A stretch of DNA of 64,000 bases from Sideroxydans sp. (GCA_016124455.1 WGNQ01000014.1:26892-90891); one strand, 5' to 3'. Shown: positions 1-9,100, numbered from the stretch's first letter. The notes: generated from the letters alone by a model not told the origin. A program made the numbers and translations.

Positions 1-441
1 TACCGGGTAGGCCCCGGGGAAAGCTGCATCCTTACCAGCAGCTGCCTGCTGGGACGCGACCACTACCATGCACGCGGCATAGTGGAACAGGATGCGGAAC
101 TGCTGCTGTTGCCGCCCGCCGCCTTCAGGCAACTGGTTTCGACCAGCGAACCGTTCCGCAATTACATCTTCAACCTGTTTTCCGAGCGCCTCAGTGACCT
201 GATGCAACTGGTATCGGCGGTCGCATTCCAGAAACTCGACCAGCGGCTTGCCGCGCTGCTTGCGAGCAAGGCCAGCCCGATCCACGCCACGCATCAGGCG
301 CTGGCCGACGAGCTCGGCAGCGTGCGCGAAATCGTCAGCCGCTTGCTGAAAAATTTTGCCGAGAACGGCTGGGTTCGCCTGGGACGTGAACAAATCGACG
401 TGATCGATGCGGCTGCGCTCAGGAAATTCGCCGAGTTTTAA
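1..441 (+). CDS. Crp/Fnr-family transcriptional regulator, C-terminal part (5-prime end lies outside the window)
   Basis: Frame 1 is open from nt 1 to the TAA at 439-441. It covers the end of a cNMP-binding-type domain and then a C-terminal HTH (SVREIVSRLLKNFAENGWV), whose E-x-x-S-R recognition-helix pattern is typical of Fnr-like members. Confidence 0.8.
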   Translation, partial: YRVGPGESCILTSSCLLGRDHYHARGIVEQDAELLLLPPAAFRQLVSTSEPFRNYIFNLFSERLSDLMQLVSAVAFQKLDQRLAALLASKASPIHATHQALADELGSVREIVSRLLKNFAENGWVRLGREQIDVIDAAALRKFAEF

Positions 442-475
442 GTTCCCCGGCAAGCAGCATAAGATATATTCTATT

Positions 476-491
476 TGTAACTTTAGTCACA
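476..491. promoter_or_regulatory. Candidate Crp/Fnr-type operator TGTAA-N6-TCACA
   Basis: TGTAACTTTAGTCACA is an imperfect palindrome matching the TGTGA-N6-TCACA class in 9 of 10 core positions. It lies in the AT-rich spacer between the Crp/Fnr gene and the cytochrome gene, about 85 nt upstream of the ATG at 576. Confidence 0.35.
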
Positions 492-575
492 GACTTTCCC
501 GCCGTCCTCCCCTATCCTGCACTGCCGCCGTAGTAGCGGCCATATCCCATCTTTGACAGGAAACAGGAACAACCC

Positions 576-1040
576 ATGAAAGCCAATAAAACCGCTATTG
601 CCGCCATACTGTTATGGCTCGTCACCATCGCCGTTTTTGCCTGGTTCTTTGTACGCGGCAATACCGCCGCGGGCAGCGACAACCGCACCGCCGTGGTATT
701 GGCGCCGGGCGAACGCAGTCTGATCCTGTCCGAGATGCGCGGCCTGCTGGCAGGCGTGCACGGCATCCTCGACGGCATCAACCATAACGACATGAAACAG
801 GTTGCCGACGCCGCCCGCGCCGTAGGCATGGCCTCCGCCGCAGACGTCAACCCGGCGCTGATGGCAAAGCTGCCATTAGCCTTCAAGCAACTGGGCATGA
901 GCGTGCATCGCGACATGGACGATCTCGCGCAAGCCGCTGCCCAAGGCAGGCCGGCTGCGGAATTGCAGGGAATGCTGGCCAGCTCGATGTCAAAATGTGT
1001 CGCCTGTCATGCTTCATGGCAGCTTAAAAGCGGCGAGTGA
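576..1040 (+). CDS. Membrane-anchored class II (cytochrome c-prime / c556-like) c-type cytochrome
   Basis: One N-terminal TM helix (AIAAILLWLVTIAVFAWFFV), a helical body, and a single CxxCH haem motif at the extreme C-terminus (SKCVACHASWQL). This placement is the hallmark of four-helix-bundle class II cytochromes c. Confidence 0.6.
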   Translation: MKANKTAIAAILLWLVTIAVFAWFFVRGNTAAGSDNRTAVVLAPGERSLILSEMRGLLAGVHGILDGINHNDMKQVADAARAVGMASAADVNPALMAKLPLAFKQLGMSVHRDMDDLAQAAAQGRPAAELQGMLASSMSKCVACHASWQLKSGE

Positions 1041-1092
1041 TTCCGGTACAATGCTGCACGGAGATTTTCCGCGCAGCAACTAACCGGTTTCA

Positions 1093-3081
1093 ATGCTCAG
1101 TAAACTCAATCCCACCCAACGCGAAGCGGTAAAACACCTAGGCGGACCTCTTCTGGTACTGGCCGGCGCCGGCAGCGGCAAGACCGGCGTCATCACCCAC
1201 AAGCTGGCCTATCTGATCGAGCAATGCGGCTATGCGCCGCGCAATATCGCCGCCATCACGTTCACCAACAAAGCCGCCAACGAGATGCGCGAGCGCGTCG
1301 GCAAGCTGCTGGCGGGGCACGACACCAAGGGCATCACCATCAGCACGTTCCACGCGCTGGGCATGCAGATATTGCGCGAGGAAGCGCCACTGATCGGCTA
1401 CAAGAAACAATTCTCCATCTTCGACAGCGGCGATACCGCCAAGATCATCAGCGAGCTGCTGGGCGTCCCGGACAAGCAGGATATCCGCATCGCGCAAAGC
1501 GTCATTTCCAACTGGAAATCCGCCCTGCTCACGCCGGAACAGGCGGCAAGCCAGGCCGAAAGCGAGGGCGACCAGCGCCTGGCGCTGCTGTATGCGCGCT
1601 ATCAGGAAACACTGCGGGCCTACCAGGCTGTGGATTTCGACGACCTGATCCGGCTGCCGGTGGAAATCTTCCAGACCCGGCCGGAGGCCTTGCTGCGCTG
1701 GCAGCACCGCTTCCGCTACCTGCTGGTCGACGAATACCAGGACACCAACGACTGCCAGTACCTGATGATGAAGCTGCTGGCCGGCACCCGCGCTGCGCTC
1801 ACCGCGGTGGGCGACGACGACCAGGCGATCTACGCCTGGCGCGGTGCCAGCACCGCCAACCTGAGCAACCTGCAGAGCGACTATCCCTCCCTGCGCGTGA
1901 TCAAGCTGGAACAGAACTACCGTTCGTCGCAGCGCATCCTGCAAACGGCGAACCACCTGATCAGGAACAACACCAAGCTGTTCGAGAAAACCCTGTGGAG
2001 CGAGCACGGTCCCGGCGAAGCGGTGCGCGTGCTCGCGGCAAAGGAAGAAGAAAACGAAGCCGAATCGGTCGTGCTGCGCCTGTCCGCACACAAATTCGAG
2101 CACCGCACCCGATTCTCGGACTATGCCATCCTGTACCGCAGCAACCACCTGTCGCGCGTATTCGAGGAACAACTGCGCGCGCAGAACATTCCCTACACCG
2201 TAAGCGGCGGTACCTCGTTCTTTGAACGGGCCGAGATCAAGGACCTGGTTGCCTACCTGCGCCTGCTCGCCAATCCGGACGATGACCCCGCCTTCATCCG
2301 CGCCATCACTACACCCAAGCGCGGCGTCGGCAACAGCACGCTGGAAAAACTCGCCGCCCATGCTGCTGCGCGCAACGTCAGCCTGTTCGAGGCCGCCTTC
2401 GAAAGCACCATGGCCGACCAGCTCAACCCGCGCCAGCACGAAGACCTGGTGACCTTCTGCAATTTCATCAACCGCATGCAGGCACGCGCCGAAAAGGAAC
2501 CCTGCCCGGAAGTAATGAGCGACCTGCTGACCGCCATCGATTACGAAGGCTGGCTGTTCGACAGCCATGAGCCGCGCCAGGCCGAAACCAAGTGGGGCAA
2601 CGTGCAGGACTTCGTCGGCTGGATCAACCGCAAATCGGAGGCCGACGAGAAGAACCTGATCGCCATGACCCAGACCATCGCCCTGCTCAACCTGCTCGAG
2701 TCGCGCGAACAGGAAGTCGATGCGGTCTCGCTGTCCACTCTGCATGCCGCCAAAGGCCTGGAGTTCGGCCACGTATTCCTGGTCGGCGTGGAAGAAGGCA
2801 TCCTGCCGCACGAACGCAGCGAGGCACCCGAGCAGATCGAGGAAGAGCGGCGCCTGATGTATGTCGGCATCACCCGTGCGCGACGTTCGCTGCAAATCAG
2901 CTACTGCACCCGGCGCAAACGCGGCAAGGAGTGGGCCGCCTGCGAACCCAGCCGCTTCATCGCCGAACTGCCGCAGGGAGAAATCGTTTATTCAGGTGTG
3001 GCGGCTACAGGCAGCACACCCGCAGTCAGCAAGGAAGAAGGTATGGACAAGCTGGCGCGGCTGAAGGCGATGCTGGGGTAA
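1093..3081 (+). CDS. rep: ATP-dependent DNA helicase Rep (UvrD/Rep superfamily 1)
   Basis: 662 aa. Walker A (LAGAGSGKTGV), DEYQDT helicase motif II, and C-terminal VGITRAR motif. The length and N-terminus (LNPTQREAV) fit Rep better than UvrD. Confidence 0.85.
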   Translation: MLSKLNPTQREAVKHLGGPLLVLAGAGSGKTGVITHKLAYLIEQCGYAPRNIAAITFTNKAANEMRERVGKLLAGHDTKGITISTFHALGMQILREEAPLIGYKKQFSIFDSGDTAKIISELLGVPDKQDIRIAQSVISNWKSALLTPEQAASQAESEGDQRLALLYARYQETLRAYQAVDFDDLIRLPVEIFQTRPEALLRWQHRFRYLLVDEYQDTNDCQYLMMKLLAGTRAALTAVGDDDQAIYAWRGASTANLSNLQSDYPSLRVIKLEQNYRSSQRILQTANHLIRNNTKLFEKTLWSEHGPGEAVRVLAAKEEENEAESVVLRLSAHKFEHRTRFSDYAILYRSNHLSRVFEEQLRAQNIPYTVSGGTSFFERAEIKDLVAYLRLLANPDDDPAFIRAITTPKRGVGNSTLEKLAAHAAARNVSLFEAAFESTMADQLNPRQHEDLVTFCNFINRMQARAEKEPCPEVMSDLLTAIDYEGWLFDSHEPRQAETKWGNVQDFVGWINRKSEADEKNLIAMTQTIALLNLLESREQEVDAVSLSTLHAAKGLEFGHVFLVGVEEGILPHERSEAPEQIEEERRLMYVGITRARRSLQISYCTRRKRGKEWAACEPSRFIAELPQGEIVYSGVAATGSTPAVSKEEGMDKLARLKAMLG

Positions 3082-3086
3082 AGCCG

Positions 3087-3512
3087 TTACCGGACGAGCG
3101 GCGCTTCGACAGCGACCGGCACTTCCGCAACAACCGGCACGTGCGGCAGCAACGGGGACAAACCATGCGCAGCGCGCAATTGCTGGCAGCGTTCATTGGG
3201 CACCCCCAGCGCATCCCATATCTCGAATTCTCGGCACGGCGTGGGGCGCCGCTCATAGATGCTGCAGAAGGTCTGCGCGCCGGGCGTACCGACAAGCGCA
3301 ACACAACGCCGGTCGACCTGGTTGGTCCCTTTCATGCAGGCCCGGAATGGCGTCAACTGTTCGACCATTTCCGCCGGAACAAAACCGCAAGGCATGTCGT
3401 CGACTTCGCCGTGGTAGAAGGAAATCCGGAAATGGGAACAGCACAGTCCGCAGGACAGGCAGGGGTTTTCTTCGGGGGCAGGGGCAGCGGCAGGGGCAGG
3501 GGCAGCGTCCAT
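3087..3512 (-). CDS. YkgJ-family (UPF0153) cysteine-cluster protein
   Basis: CLSCGLCCSHF (CxxCxxCC) motif near the N-terminus, with further conserved Cys residues downstream. The start is uncertain. I prefer the ATG at 3512 (MDAAPAP...); alternatives are 3557 and 3635, and 3635 would overlap the upstream gene. Confidence 0.65.
   Translation of the reverse strand: MDAAPAPAAAPAPEENPCLSCGLCCSHFRISFYHGEVDDMPCGFVPAEMVEQLTPFRACMKGTNQVDRRCVALVGTPGAQTFCSIYERRPTPCREFEIWDALGVPNERCQQLRAAHGLSPLLPHVPVVAEVPVAVEAPLVR
3474..3506 (-). repeat. About 18-bp imperfect tandem duplication (GCTGCCCCTGCCCCTGCC, about 1.8 copies) encoding AAPAPA-AAPAP; the opposite strand is a G-tract run
   Basis: The plus strand reads GGGGGCAGGGGCAGCGGCAGGGGCAGGGGCAGC, a GGGGCA hexamer periodicity. 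The repeat lies at codons 3-13 of the ykgJ-like gene. Confidence 0.8.
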
Positions 3513-3595
3513 ACGGATCACCAAGGCAAATACGCGCAAATGCGCGGCGCGCATCATATCCGAACCGTATCCGAAATCAAGTGCCTGCCAGCGCC

Positions 3596-5089
3596 CTACC
3601 CCCAGAATTTTTTTGCCCTGCAAAAACAATCCCATGCAACATCCAGCCGAGCCATTTGCACGGCCCGTTCATGCTCCAGCCAGCCCCGGATCAGCGCCAG
3701 TGTCTCATGCTGTTTTTCCATGGCATCGAGCAGGCGGTGCGCAACGGCAATATCGTTCAGCAGGCCGAGGATGTCCTGCAAGTCGGCGAGTAATGCCACG
3801 TAGGATTTAACCTTGCCGCCGGCAAACAGCGAGCCGAACATCTCTGCGCTATAGCGCAGTTTCTTGCAGGCGATACGCAACTGGTGCAGGCGGCCGGCCT
3901 CAATCACGGCGAGATGCTTGCCGCGCTTGCCCACCTGTTTGCTGCGCTGCTCCAGCATGCGCACTGCGAAATCCTGCAAGCCTAGGCCGGCTCCAGCTAC
4001 CGGCGCACGCCAGTAATCGCCATACAGCCACGCGCCAAAGCGTAACAGGAGGCGCTGGTAATCCGGCGAACGGAATCTGCGCACCACGGCGGCATGGTGC
4101 TGCGCGCGCTGCTTCCCGCTGGCCTCCAGCACCGCGCACAACCCGGCATGATCAGGCAGGCGCGCGCGCATCTGCTCCAGCGTCTGCGTGACGAACACAT
4201 CCCACTCGCGCAGGCGGCCGAACTCTACACACAGTTCCGCGACCTGCTCATGCAGCGCGCTCAACTCGGCATCTGCGCGGAAAGTCTCGGCCATCGCCAG
4301 CACCACGCGCAAGCGGCGCAAGCCGACGCGCACCTGGTGCAGGAACTCCTCATCCAGATGCAGAATCGCGCCCGGCACGTTGGCCTGCACATGCAGCAGG
4401 CATGCCCCGATCATGTCCTGCAACGCAGTAGCAATGTCCTGTGACGTATCCAGGTGCGGGAAGGTGGCCTTACGCACTGCCGGCTGTGCCGCACTGAACA
4501 GGCGGTAACCATATTCGGCCTTGCTGGTGTGCTCCACTTCCAGCGGCACGATTTCGAGCAGCATGAGCGCCAGCCGGAACAGCTGCTGCGGCTCGCCGGA
4601 CTTTAGCTCGAGTTCCAGCTCGGAAACTTCCCGCATTGCCTTGCCTGCACGAATCTCGCCGCGATCCAGGCAGAGTTCGATCTCCGCGCCTTCGAAATGC
4701 AGCAGGCGCACATTGCGGGAAAAATCGGTGACGAATACCGGCTGCAGCTGCTTGCGCACCCCCTTCGGCAGTTTTCCGCCGCAAGCCTTGAGCGCGTCGC
4801 AGTCGAGCACCTCGCCCGCCACCGGCACCTCCCACTCGTTGCGCCGGTGCAGTCCCGCCTGCACACCGCCACCGCCCTTCAGCGTCTGCAGCCATTGCTT
4901 GCCCACACGGCGCAGGCGCAGGGCCATCGCCTTGTCGTGCAGCGTCAGCTGCGGCGTGTCGTAATAAACGCTATACAAGCGCTGCGTAGCGGCACGGGCG
5001 ACGCCCAGGGTTTTGAGCAAGGGGTGGCGCTTGAGCCGGTCCAGGTGCTCAGGGGCAATGAACAGCTTGAGTTCGGTTTCAACAGCCAT
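3596..5089 (-). CDS. CYTH domain plus CHAD domain protein (triphosphate-tunnel metalloenzyme fused to a polyphosphate-granule-associated CHAD domain)
   Basis: 497 aa. The N-terminus (ETELKLFI...) carries the ExExK signature of CYTH/TTM enzymes. The C-terminal ~280 aa is helical and rich in R/H/L (LHQVRVGLRRLR, LHQLRIACKKLRYSAE), typical of CHAD. Confidence 0.8.
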   Translation of the reverse strand: MAVETELKLFIAPEHLDRLKRHPLLKTLGVARAATQRLYSVYYDTPQLTLHDKAMALRLRRVGKQWLQTLKGGGGVQAGLHRRNEWEVPVAGEVLDCDALKACGGKLPKGVRKQLQPVFVTDFSRNVRLLHFEGAEIELCLDRGEIRAGKAMREVSELELELKSGEPQQLFRLALMLLEIVPLEVEHTSKAEYGYRLFSAAQPAVRKATFPHLDTSQDIATALQDMIGACLLHVQANVPGAILHLDEEFLHQVRVGLRRLRVVLAMAETFRADAELSALHEQVAELCVEFGRLREWDVFVTQTLEQMRARLPDHAGLCAVLEASGKQRAQHHAAVVRRFRSPDYQRLLLRFGAWLYGDYWRAPVAGAGLGLQDFAVRMLEQRSKQVGKRGKHLAVIEAGRLHQLRIACKKLRYSAEMFGSLFAGGKVKSYVALLADLQDILGLLNDIAVAHRLLDAMEKQHETLALIRGWLEHERAVQMARLDVAWDCFCRAKKFWG

Positions 5090-5140
5090 GTCTGCGCCAT
5101 GGATAGCCGCGGGAGCGGCAACTATACACCACGCCCTGTT

Positions 5141-6313
5141 TCAAGCCGCCTGTCCGGCGGCATAGCCGGATGCCCAGGCCCACTGGAAGTTGTATCCCCC
5201 AAGTTGTCCGGTGACATCCACCACTTCGCCGATGAAATACAGGCCCGGCACCGTATTGCACTCCATGGTTTTGGACGACAGCGCGTGGGTATCCACACCG
5301 CCGCAGGTAACCTCGGCCTTGCTGTAGCCCAGTGTGCCGGTGGGCGTGATCTGCCAGTCTGCGATGTGCGCGGCAAGCTGCGCCAGCTGTTTTTCGCTGT
5401 ACTGGTTGAGCGGTTTGATCTCGAGGAACTGGCTGCACCATACCTCGGCAAAGCGCTTGCTCCAGTATTGCCCGAGGAAATTGCTGAGCAAGGTGCGATT
5501 GCCGCGCTGCTGCACCAGCAGCGCGGCCGCATTGTGGCCGGGCAGCAGGTCGATATGCAGCGGCTGGCCGTGCTCCCAGTAGGAGGAAATCTGCAGGATG
5601 GCCGGCCCGCTCAGTCCGCGATGGGTGAACAGCAGGCTTTCACGGAACGATTGCTTGCCATAGCTCACGCTCGCTTCGATCGAAACGCCCGCCAGCTCGG
5701 CAAAAGGCTGCCACTGCTCGGGATGGAAGCTCAGCGGTACCAGTCCCGGCTTGAGTTTGGTTACCGGAATGCCGAACTGCTGCGCAATCTTGTAGCCGAA
5801 CGGGGTTGCGCCGATCTTGGGAATGGACAGGCCACCGCTCGCGACAACCAGCGACTCGGCGCGGTATTTGCCGCGGCTGGTATTGATGTAGAACGCGTCG
5901 CTACGGCCGATTTCCTGCACGCTGCACGGCTGGCACCAGCGCACGCCTGCAGCATCGCATTCCTGCTTCAGCATGGCGATGATCGCTTCCGAACCATCGT
6001 CGCAGAACAGCTGGCCGAGTTTCTTTTCGTGGTAGCCAATACCGTGCCGCTCCAGCAACTCGATGAAATGCTGCGGCGTATAACGTGCCAGTGCGGAACG
6101 GCAGAAATGCGGGTTCCCGGACAGGTAATTTTCCGGCCTGGCATTGATATTGGTGAAGTTGCAGCGCCCGCCGCCGGAGATGCGTATTTTCTCCGCCAGC
6201 TTCGAATAATGTTCGAGCAGCAGCACCGAACGGCCGCGGCGCGCAGCCTCAATGGCACACATCATGCCCGCCGCACCGGCACCGATGACCAGCACATCCA
6301 CAGAATCAGCCAT
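5141..6313 (-). CDS. BaiN/HI0933-family NAD(P)/FAD-dependent flavoprotein
   Basis: MADSVDVLVIGAGAAGMMCA dinucleotide-binding fold and a C-terminal GLYFIGEVVDVTGQLGGYNFQWAWASG motif typical of the HI0933/YhiN family. The start at 6313 is chosen because it forms a TAATG stop/start overlap with the upstream gene. Confidence 0.8.
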   Translation of the reverse strand: MADSVDVLVIGAGAAGMMCAIEAARRGRSVLLLEHYSKLAEKIRISGGGRCNFTNINARPENYLSGNPHFCRSALARYTPQHFIELLERHGIGYHEKKLGQLFCDDGSEAIIAMLKQECDAAGVRWCQPCSVQEIGRSDAFYINTSRGKYRAESLVVASGGLSIPKIGATPFGYKIAQQFGIPVTKLKPGLVPLSFHPEQWQPFAELAGVSIEASVSYGKQSFRESLLFTHRGLSGPAILQISSYWEHGQPLHIDLLPGHNAAALLVQQRGNRTLLSNFLGQYWSKRFAEVWCSQFLEIKPLNQYSEKQLAQLAAHIADWQITPTGTLGYSKAEVTCGGVDTHALSSKTMECNTVPGLYFIGEVVDVTGQLGGYNFQWAWASGYAAGQAA

Positions 6314-7164
6314 TAGTGCGTATACCTCTTGATAAAAGTGTCGATGCTGGCGCGGCATTCCACCGATGCCACGCGGCAACTGTTGTTGTGCTCGCCGCCC
6401 TTGATCAGCAACAGCATCTTCGGCTGCGGCGCCCGGTCATACAGCTGCTGACTCATCTGGTAGGGAATGGTCTTGTCCCAGGTGCCATGGAACAGCAGCA
6501 CCGGTACCTTGATCCTGGATATCTTGTCGGTCGAATCGTAATACTGGTTGAGCAACAGGTGCACCGGCAGGAAACCGTAATCAAGCTCGCCCATCGCCTG
6601 CATCGAAGTGAAGGTCGATTCCAGGATCAGCCCCGCCGCATCCGGATGGCGCAACGCCAGATCGATCGCGATTGCGCCGCCCAGCGAATGGCCGTAGATG
6701 AAAGTGCGTTGCGGCGCCACACCGCGCTGCCTGATCAGGTAGTTCCAGCCGGCCTCGGCGTCCTCGTAGGTTTTGGCTTCGCTCGGCGGGCCGCCGGTGC
6801 TCGGCCCGAAGCCGCGATAGTCAATCAGCAGCTGGTTATAGCCCCACTCGTGCAGCAGGCGTGCCTGGATCAGGTCGTTGCTCACGTTGCGGAAGTTGCC
6901 GTGCAGATAGTAGATGGTCGGCGCATCGGCCTTGTCCGCCGGTATCCACCAGCCGTACAGCACTCCCTGGTCCGCACCGCTGCCGACCGGGATGTGCACC
7001 ACCTGGAACGGCATGCCGTCACGTTCGGGCGTGGTCTGCAATTCGGTTTCCGGATGAAAGATATGCTGTTTCTGGGTTGCCCAGAAATAGCTGCAGACGG
7101 CGACATAGCCCAGAACCACAACGCCCAGCAACAGGGCAAAACGCCTAAACCACAAATTCTTCAA
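6313..7164 (-). CDS. Alpha/beta-fold hydrolase with an N-terminal membrane anchor
   Basis: 283 aa. TM helix (FALLLGVVVLGYVAVCSYFW), nucleophile elbow GHSLGG, and a late D/H region (GGEHNN). Confidence 0.75.
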   Translation of the reverse strand: MKNLWFRRFALLLGVVVLGYVAVCSYFWATQKQHIFHPETELQTTPERDGMPFQVVHIPVGSGADQGVLYGWWIPADKADAPTIYYLHGNFRNVSNDLIQARLLHEWGYNQLLIDYRGFGPSTGGPPSEAKTYEDAEAGWNYLIRQRGVAPQRTFIYGHSLGGAIAIDLALRHPDAAGLILESTFTSMQAMGELDYGFLPVHLLLNQYYDSTDKISRIKVPVLLFHGTWDKTIPYQMSQQLYDRAPQPKMLLLIKGGEHNNSCRVASVECRASIDTFIKRYTH

Positions 7165-7872
7165 CTACGATGCCTCCAGTGTCCGCCACAAACAGGCGCC
7201 CTTGCTTGCCTTGGTGATGTCTTCCAGCTGCTGCTCATGCGCGGCCAGTTCTTCCTTGCTGGCCTGCAGCACGCGCAGCACCGGGCGCGGCATATTACCT
7301 GCAAACAGCGCGGCCTGGTTGTCTTGTTCCTCGCTCTCCTCATCCAGCAGGCTGTCCTGCCCGCGCGTCATCGCCAGGAAGACTTCCGCCAGCAGCTCGG
7401 TATCAAGCAGGGCGCCGTGCAGCGTACGGTGCGAATTATCGACCTGATAGCGGTCGCACAGGGCATTGAGATTGTTCTTCTTGCCCGGATGCAGCTCCTT
7501 GGCAAGCTTCAGGGTATCGATCACGCTGGGGCAGTATTCGCTCAGCGGCGGCATGCCGATCAGCTCCAGCTCCTTGTTGAGGAAACCGATATCGAACGGG
7601 GCGTTGTGGATGATCAGTTCCGCACCTTTGAGGAATTCGAGCAGGCCCGGCGCGATCTCGGCAAACTTTGCCTCGTTCTGCAGGCGCTCCAGCGTCAGGC
7701 CGTGCACTTCGGCCGCTCCGGCATCAATCTCGCGTTCGGGATTCAGGTAGCGGTGGAAATGCCGCTCGGAAACCTTGCGGCCGTTCAGTTCGATGGCCGC
7801 CACCTCGATGATGCGGTGCCCCTGCCTGGGATCCAGGCCCGTCGTTTCAGTATCCAGTACGATTTGCCTCAT
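7165..7872 (-). CDS. dnaQ: DNA polymerase III epsilon subunit (3-prime to 5-prime proofreading exonuclease)
   Basis: [13 protein letters not shown] (Exo I), [10 protein letters not shown] (Exo II) and [13 protein letters not shown] (Exo III). Its ATG overlaps the rnhA stop (ATGA). Confidence 0.9.
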   Translation of the reverse strand: MRQIVLDTETTGLDPRQGHRIIEVAAIELNGRKVSERHFHRYLNPEREIDAGAAEVHGLTLERLQNEAKFAEIAPGLLEFLKGAELIIHNAPFDIGFLNKELELIGMPPLSEYCPSVIDTLKLAKELHPGKKNNLNALCDRYQVDNSHRTLHGALLDTELLAEVFLAMTRGQDSLLDEESEEQDNQAALFAGNMPRPVLRVLQASKEELAAHEQQLEDITKASKGACLWRTLEAS

Positions 7873-8345
7873 GCCGATTCCCCGCCTAGCAATTGTTCTA
7901 TCCCCTTGTTGGCCAGCTGGTCTGCGCGCTCATTGCCGTCATGCCCGGCATGTCCCTTGATCCATACCCACTGCACATGATGCCGCGCCGCCAGTTCGTC
8001 GAGTTCGCGCCACAGGTCTTCATTCTTCACCGGCTTCTTGTCGGCGGTTTTCCAGCCGCGCCGCTTCCAGTTGTGCACCCATTCGCTGATGCCCTGCTGC
8101 ACGTATTTCGAGTCGGTATGCAGAATCACCCGGCACGGGCGCTTCAGCGCCTCGAGGGCGCGGATCGCAGCCATCAGTTCCATGCGGTTGTTGGTGGTAT
8201 GTATTTCACCGCCGCACAGTTCGCGCTCCTTGCCCTGGGCCTGCAGCAATACGCCCCAGCCGCCGATGCCGGGATTGCCCTTGCAGGCGCCGTCGGTAAA
8301 AATTTCTACTGCCTCTTCAGTCATTGCCGTGTTTCTTTCGGTCAT
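7869..8345 (-). CDS. rnhA: Ribonuclease HI
   Basis: [34 protein letters not shown] and [17 protein letters not shown] motifs. ATGA overlap with the upstream methyltransferase stop. Confidence 0.9.
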   Translation of the reverse strand: MTERNTAMTEEAVEIFTDGACKGNPGIGGWGVLLQAQGKERELCGGEIHTTNNRMELMAAIRALEALKRPCRVILHTDSKYVQQGISEWVHNWKRRGWKTADKKPVKNEDLWRELDELAARHHVQWVWIKGHAGHDGNERADQLANKGIEQLLGGESA

Positions 8346-9100
8346 TGCGATCTTATGTTGCGGCGCTGCGACAATTCGCGGTTAAGCTTGGGTTTCGGCC
8401 GCACCGGCAGCAGCTTCTCCACCAGGCTCTCGTTCCATTGCGGCTTGATCGGCCGCATGCCGGGCACCCGCTTGATGGCCTGCAGGAAATAGACGCCGCC
8501 ACATACCGCCCACCAGCGGTCGCCCGCCGGTTCCATGAAACGCAGGCGCTTGAGCCAGGCCGGGTTGGTCAGCGGCGGCGCATAACAGGCAAAGCGTCCC
8601 GCCACTACCTCCAGCCCCATCAACGCCAGCCAGTCCTTGATGCGCGGCAGCGAGATGAAGTGCCCGCACCACGGATATTCCATTCTTGAACTCAGCGCCC
8701 GCCTGATGCCCCACAGGCTGCGCGGATTGAAACCGGTAATGATGACGTGCCCTTCCGGCATCATGATGCGCTCGACTTCGCGCAGTATCTGGTGCGGATG
8801 CGCATTGAACTCGAGTACGTGCGGCAGCAGCACCAGGTCAATGCTGCCCGACTCGAACGGCAGCTCGTCCACATCGACTTTCACCTTGGCGGCCGGGTCG
8901 CTCGCAGCGGTTACCCGCAGGGGGATGCGGCTGGCATGCAGCAAATCGTACTGCGGCAAACCGATCTGCACCGCGTTATAGCCGAAAATGTCTGCCACGC
9001 TCTGGTCGATAAAGTCCTGCTCACGCTCCATCAGGTAGTGGCCGTGCGAACTCTCCAGCCAATCGGCCAGGCTAGTGGTTGACATGCAGTGCGGTTTCAC
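8342..9100 (-). CDS. Class I SAM-dependent methyltransferase (conserved partner of rnhA/gloB)
   Basis: 252 aa with a Methyltransf_11-like core ([22 protein letters not shown]). Divergent from gloB, as in many beta- and gammaproteobacteria. An alternative start lies at 9085. Confidence 0.7.
   Translation of the reverse strand: MKPHCMSTTSLADWLESSHGHYLMEREQDFIDQSVADIFGYNAVQIGLPQYDLLHASRIPLRVTAASDPAAKVKVDVDELPFESGSIDLVLLPHVLEFNAHPHQILREVERIMMPEGHVIITGFNPRSLWGIRRALSSRMEYPWCGHFISLPRIKDWLALMGLEVVAGRFACYAPPLTNPAWLKRLRFMEPAGDRWWAVCGGVYFLQAIKRVPGMRPIKPQWNESLVEKLLPVRPKPKLNRELSQRRNIRSQ

Noticed and set aside
1138-2895. Very long antisense or shadow ORFs in the six-frame track. Examples: 1138-2895 minus, 4697-6316 plus, 6316-7980 plus, 12406-13950 plus, 17988-19046 plus, 21748-23010 minus, 39247-40305 minus, 45560-46663 plus, 48541-49713 plus, 57890-59083 plus and 62110-63252 minus.
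   Set aside because: Each lies opposite a gene with unmistakable family motifs. Their translations are Arg/Ala/Gly/His-rich low-complexity strings with no recognisable domains. Stop-codon-poor antisense frames are expected at about 60% GC.
3474-3506. GGGGCA hexamer periodicity as a CRISPR-like or microsatellite array.
   Set aside because: It is only about 33 nt with no spacers, and it lies in-frame inside a coding region. I report it only as a short tandem duplication and G-tract run.
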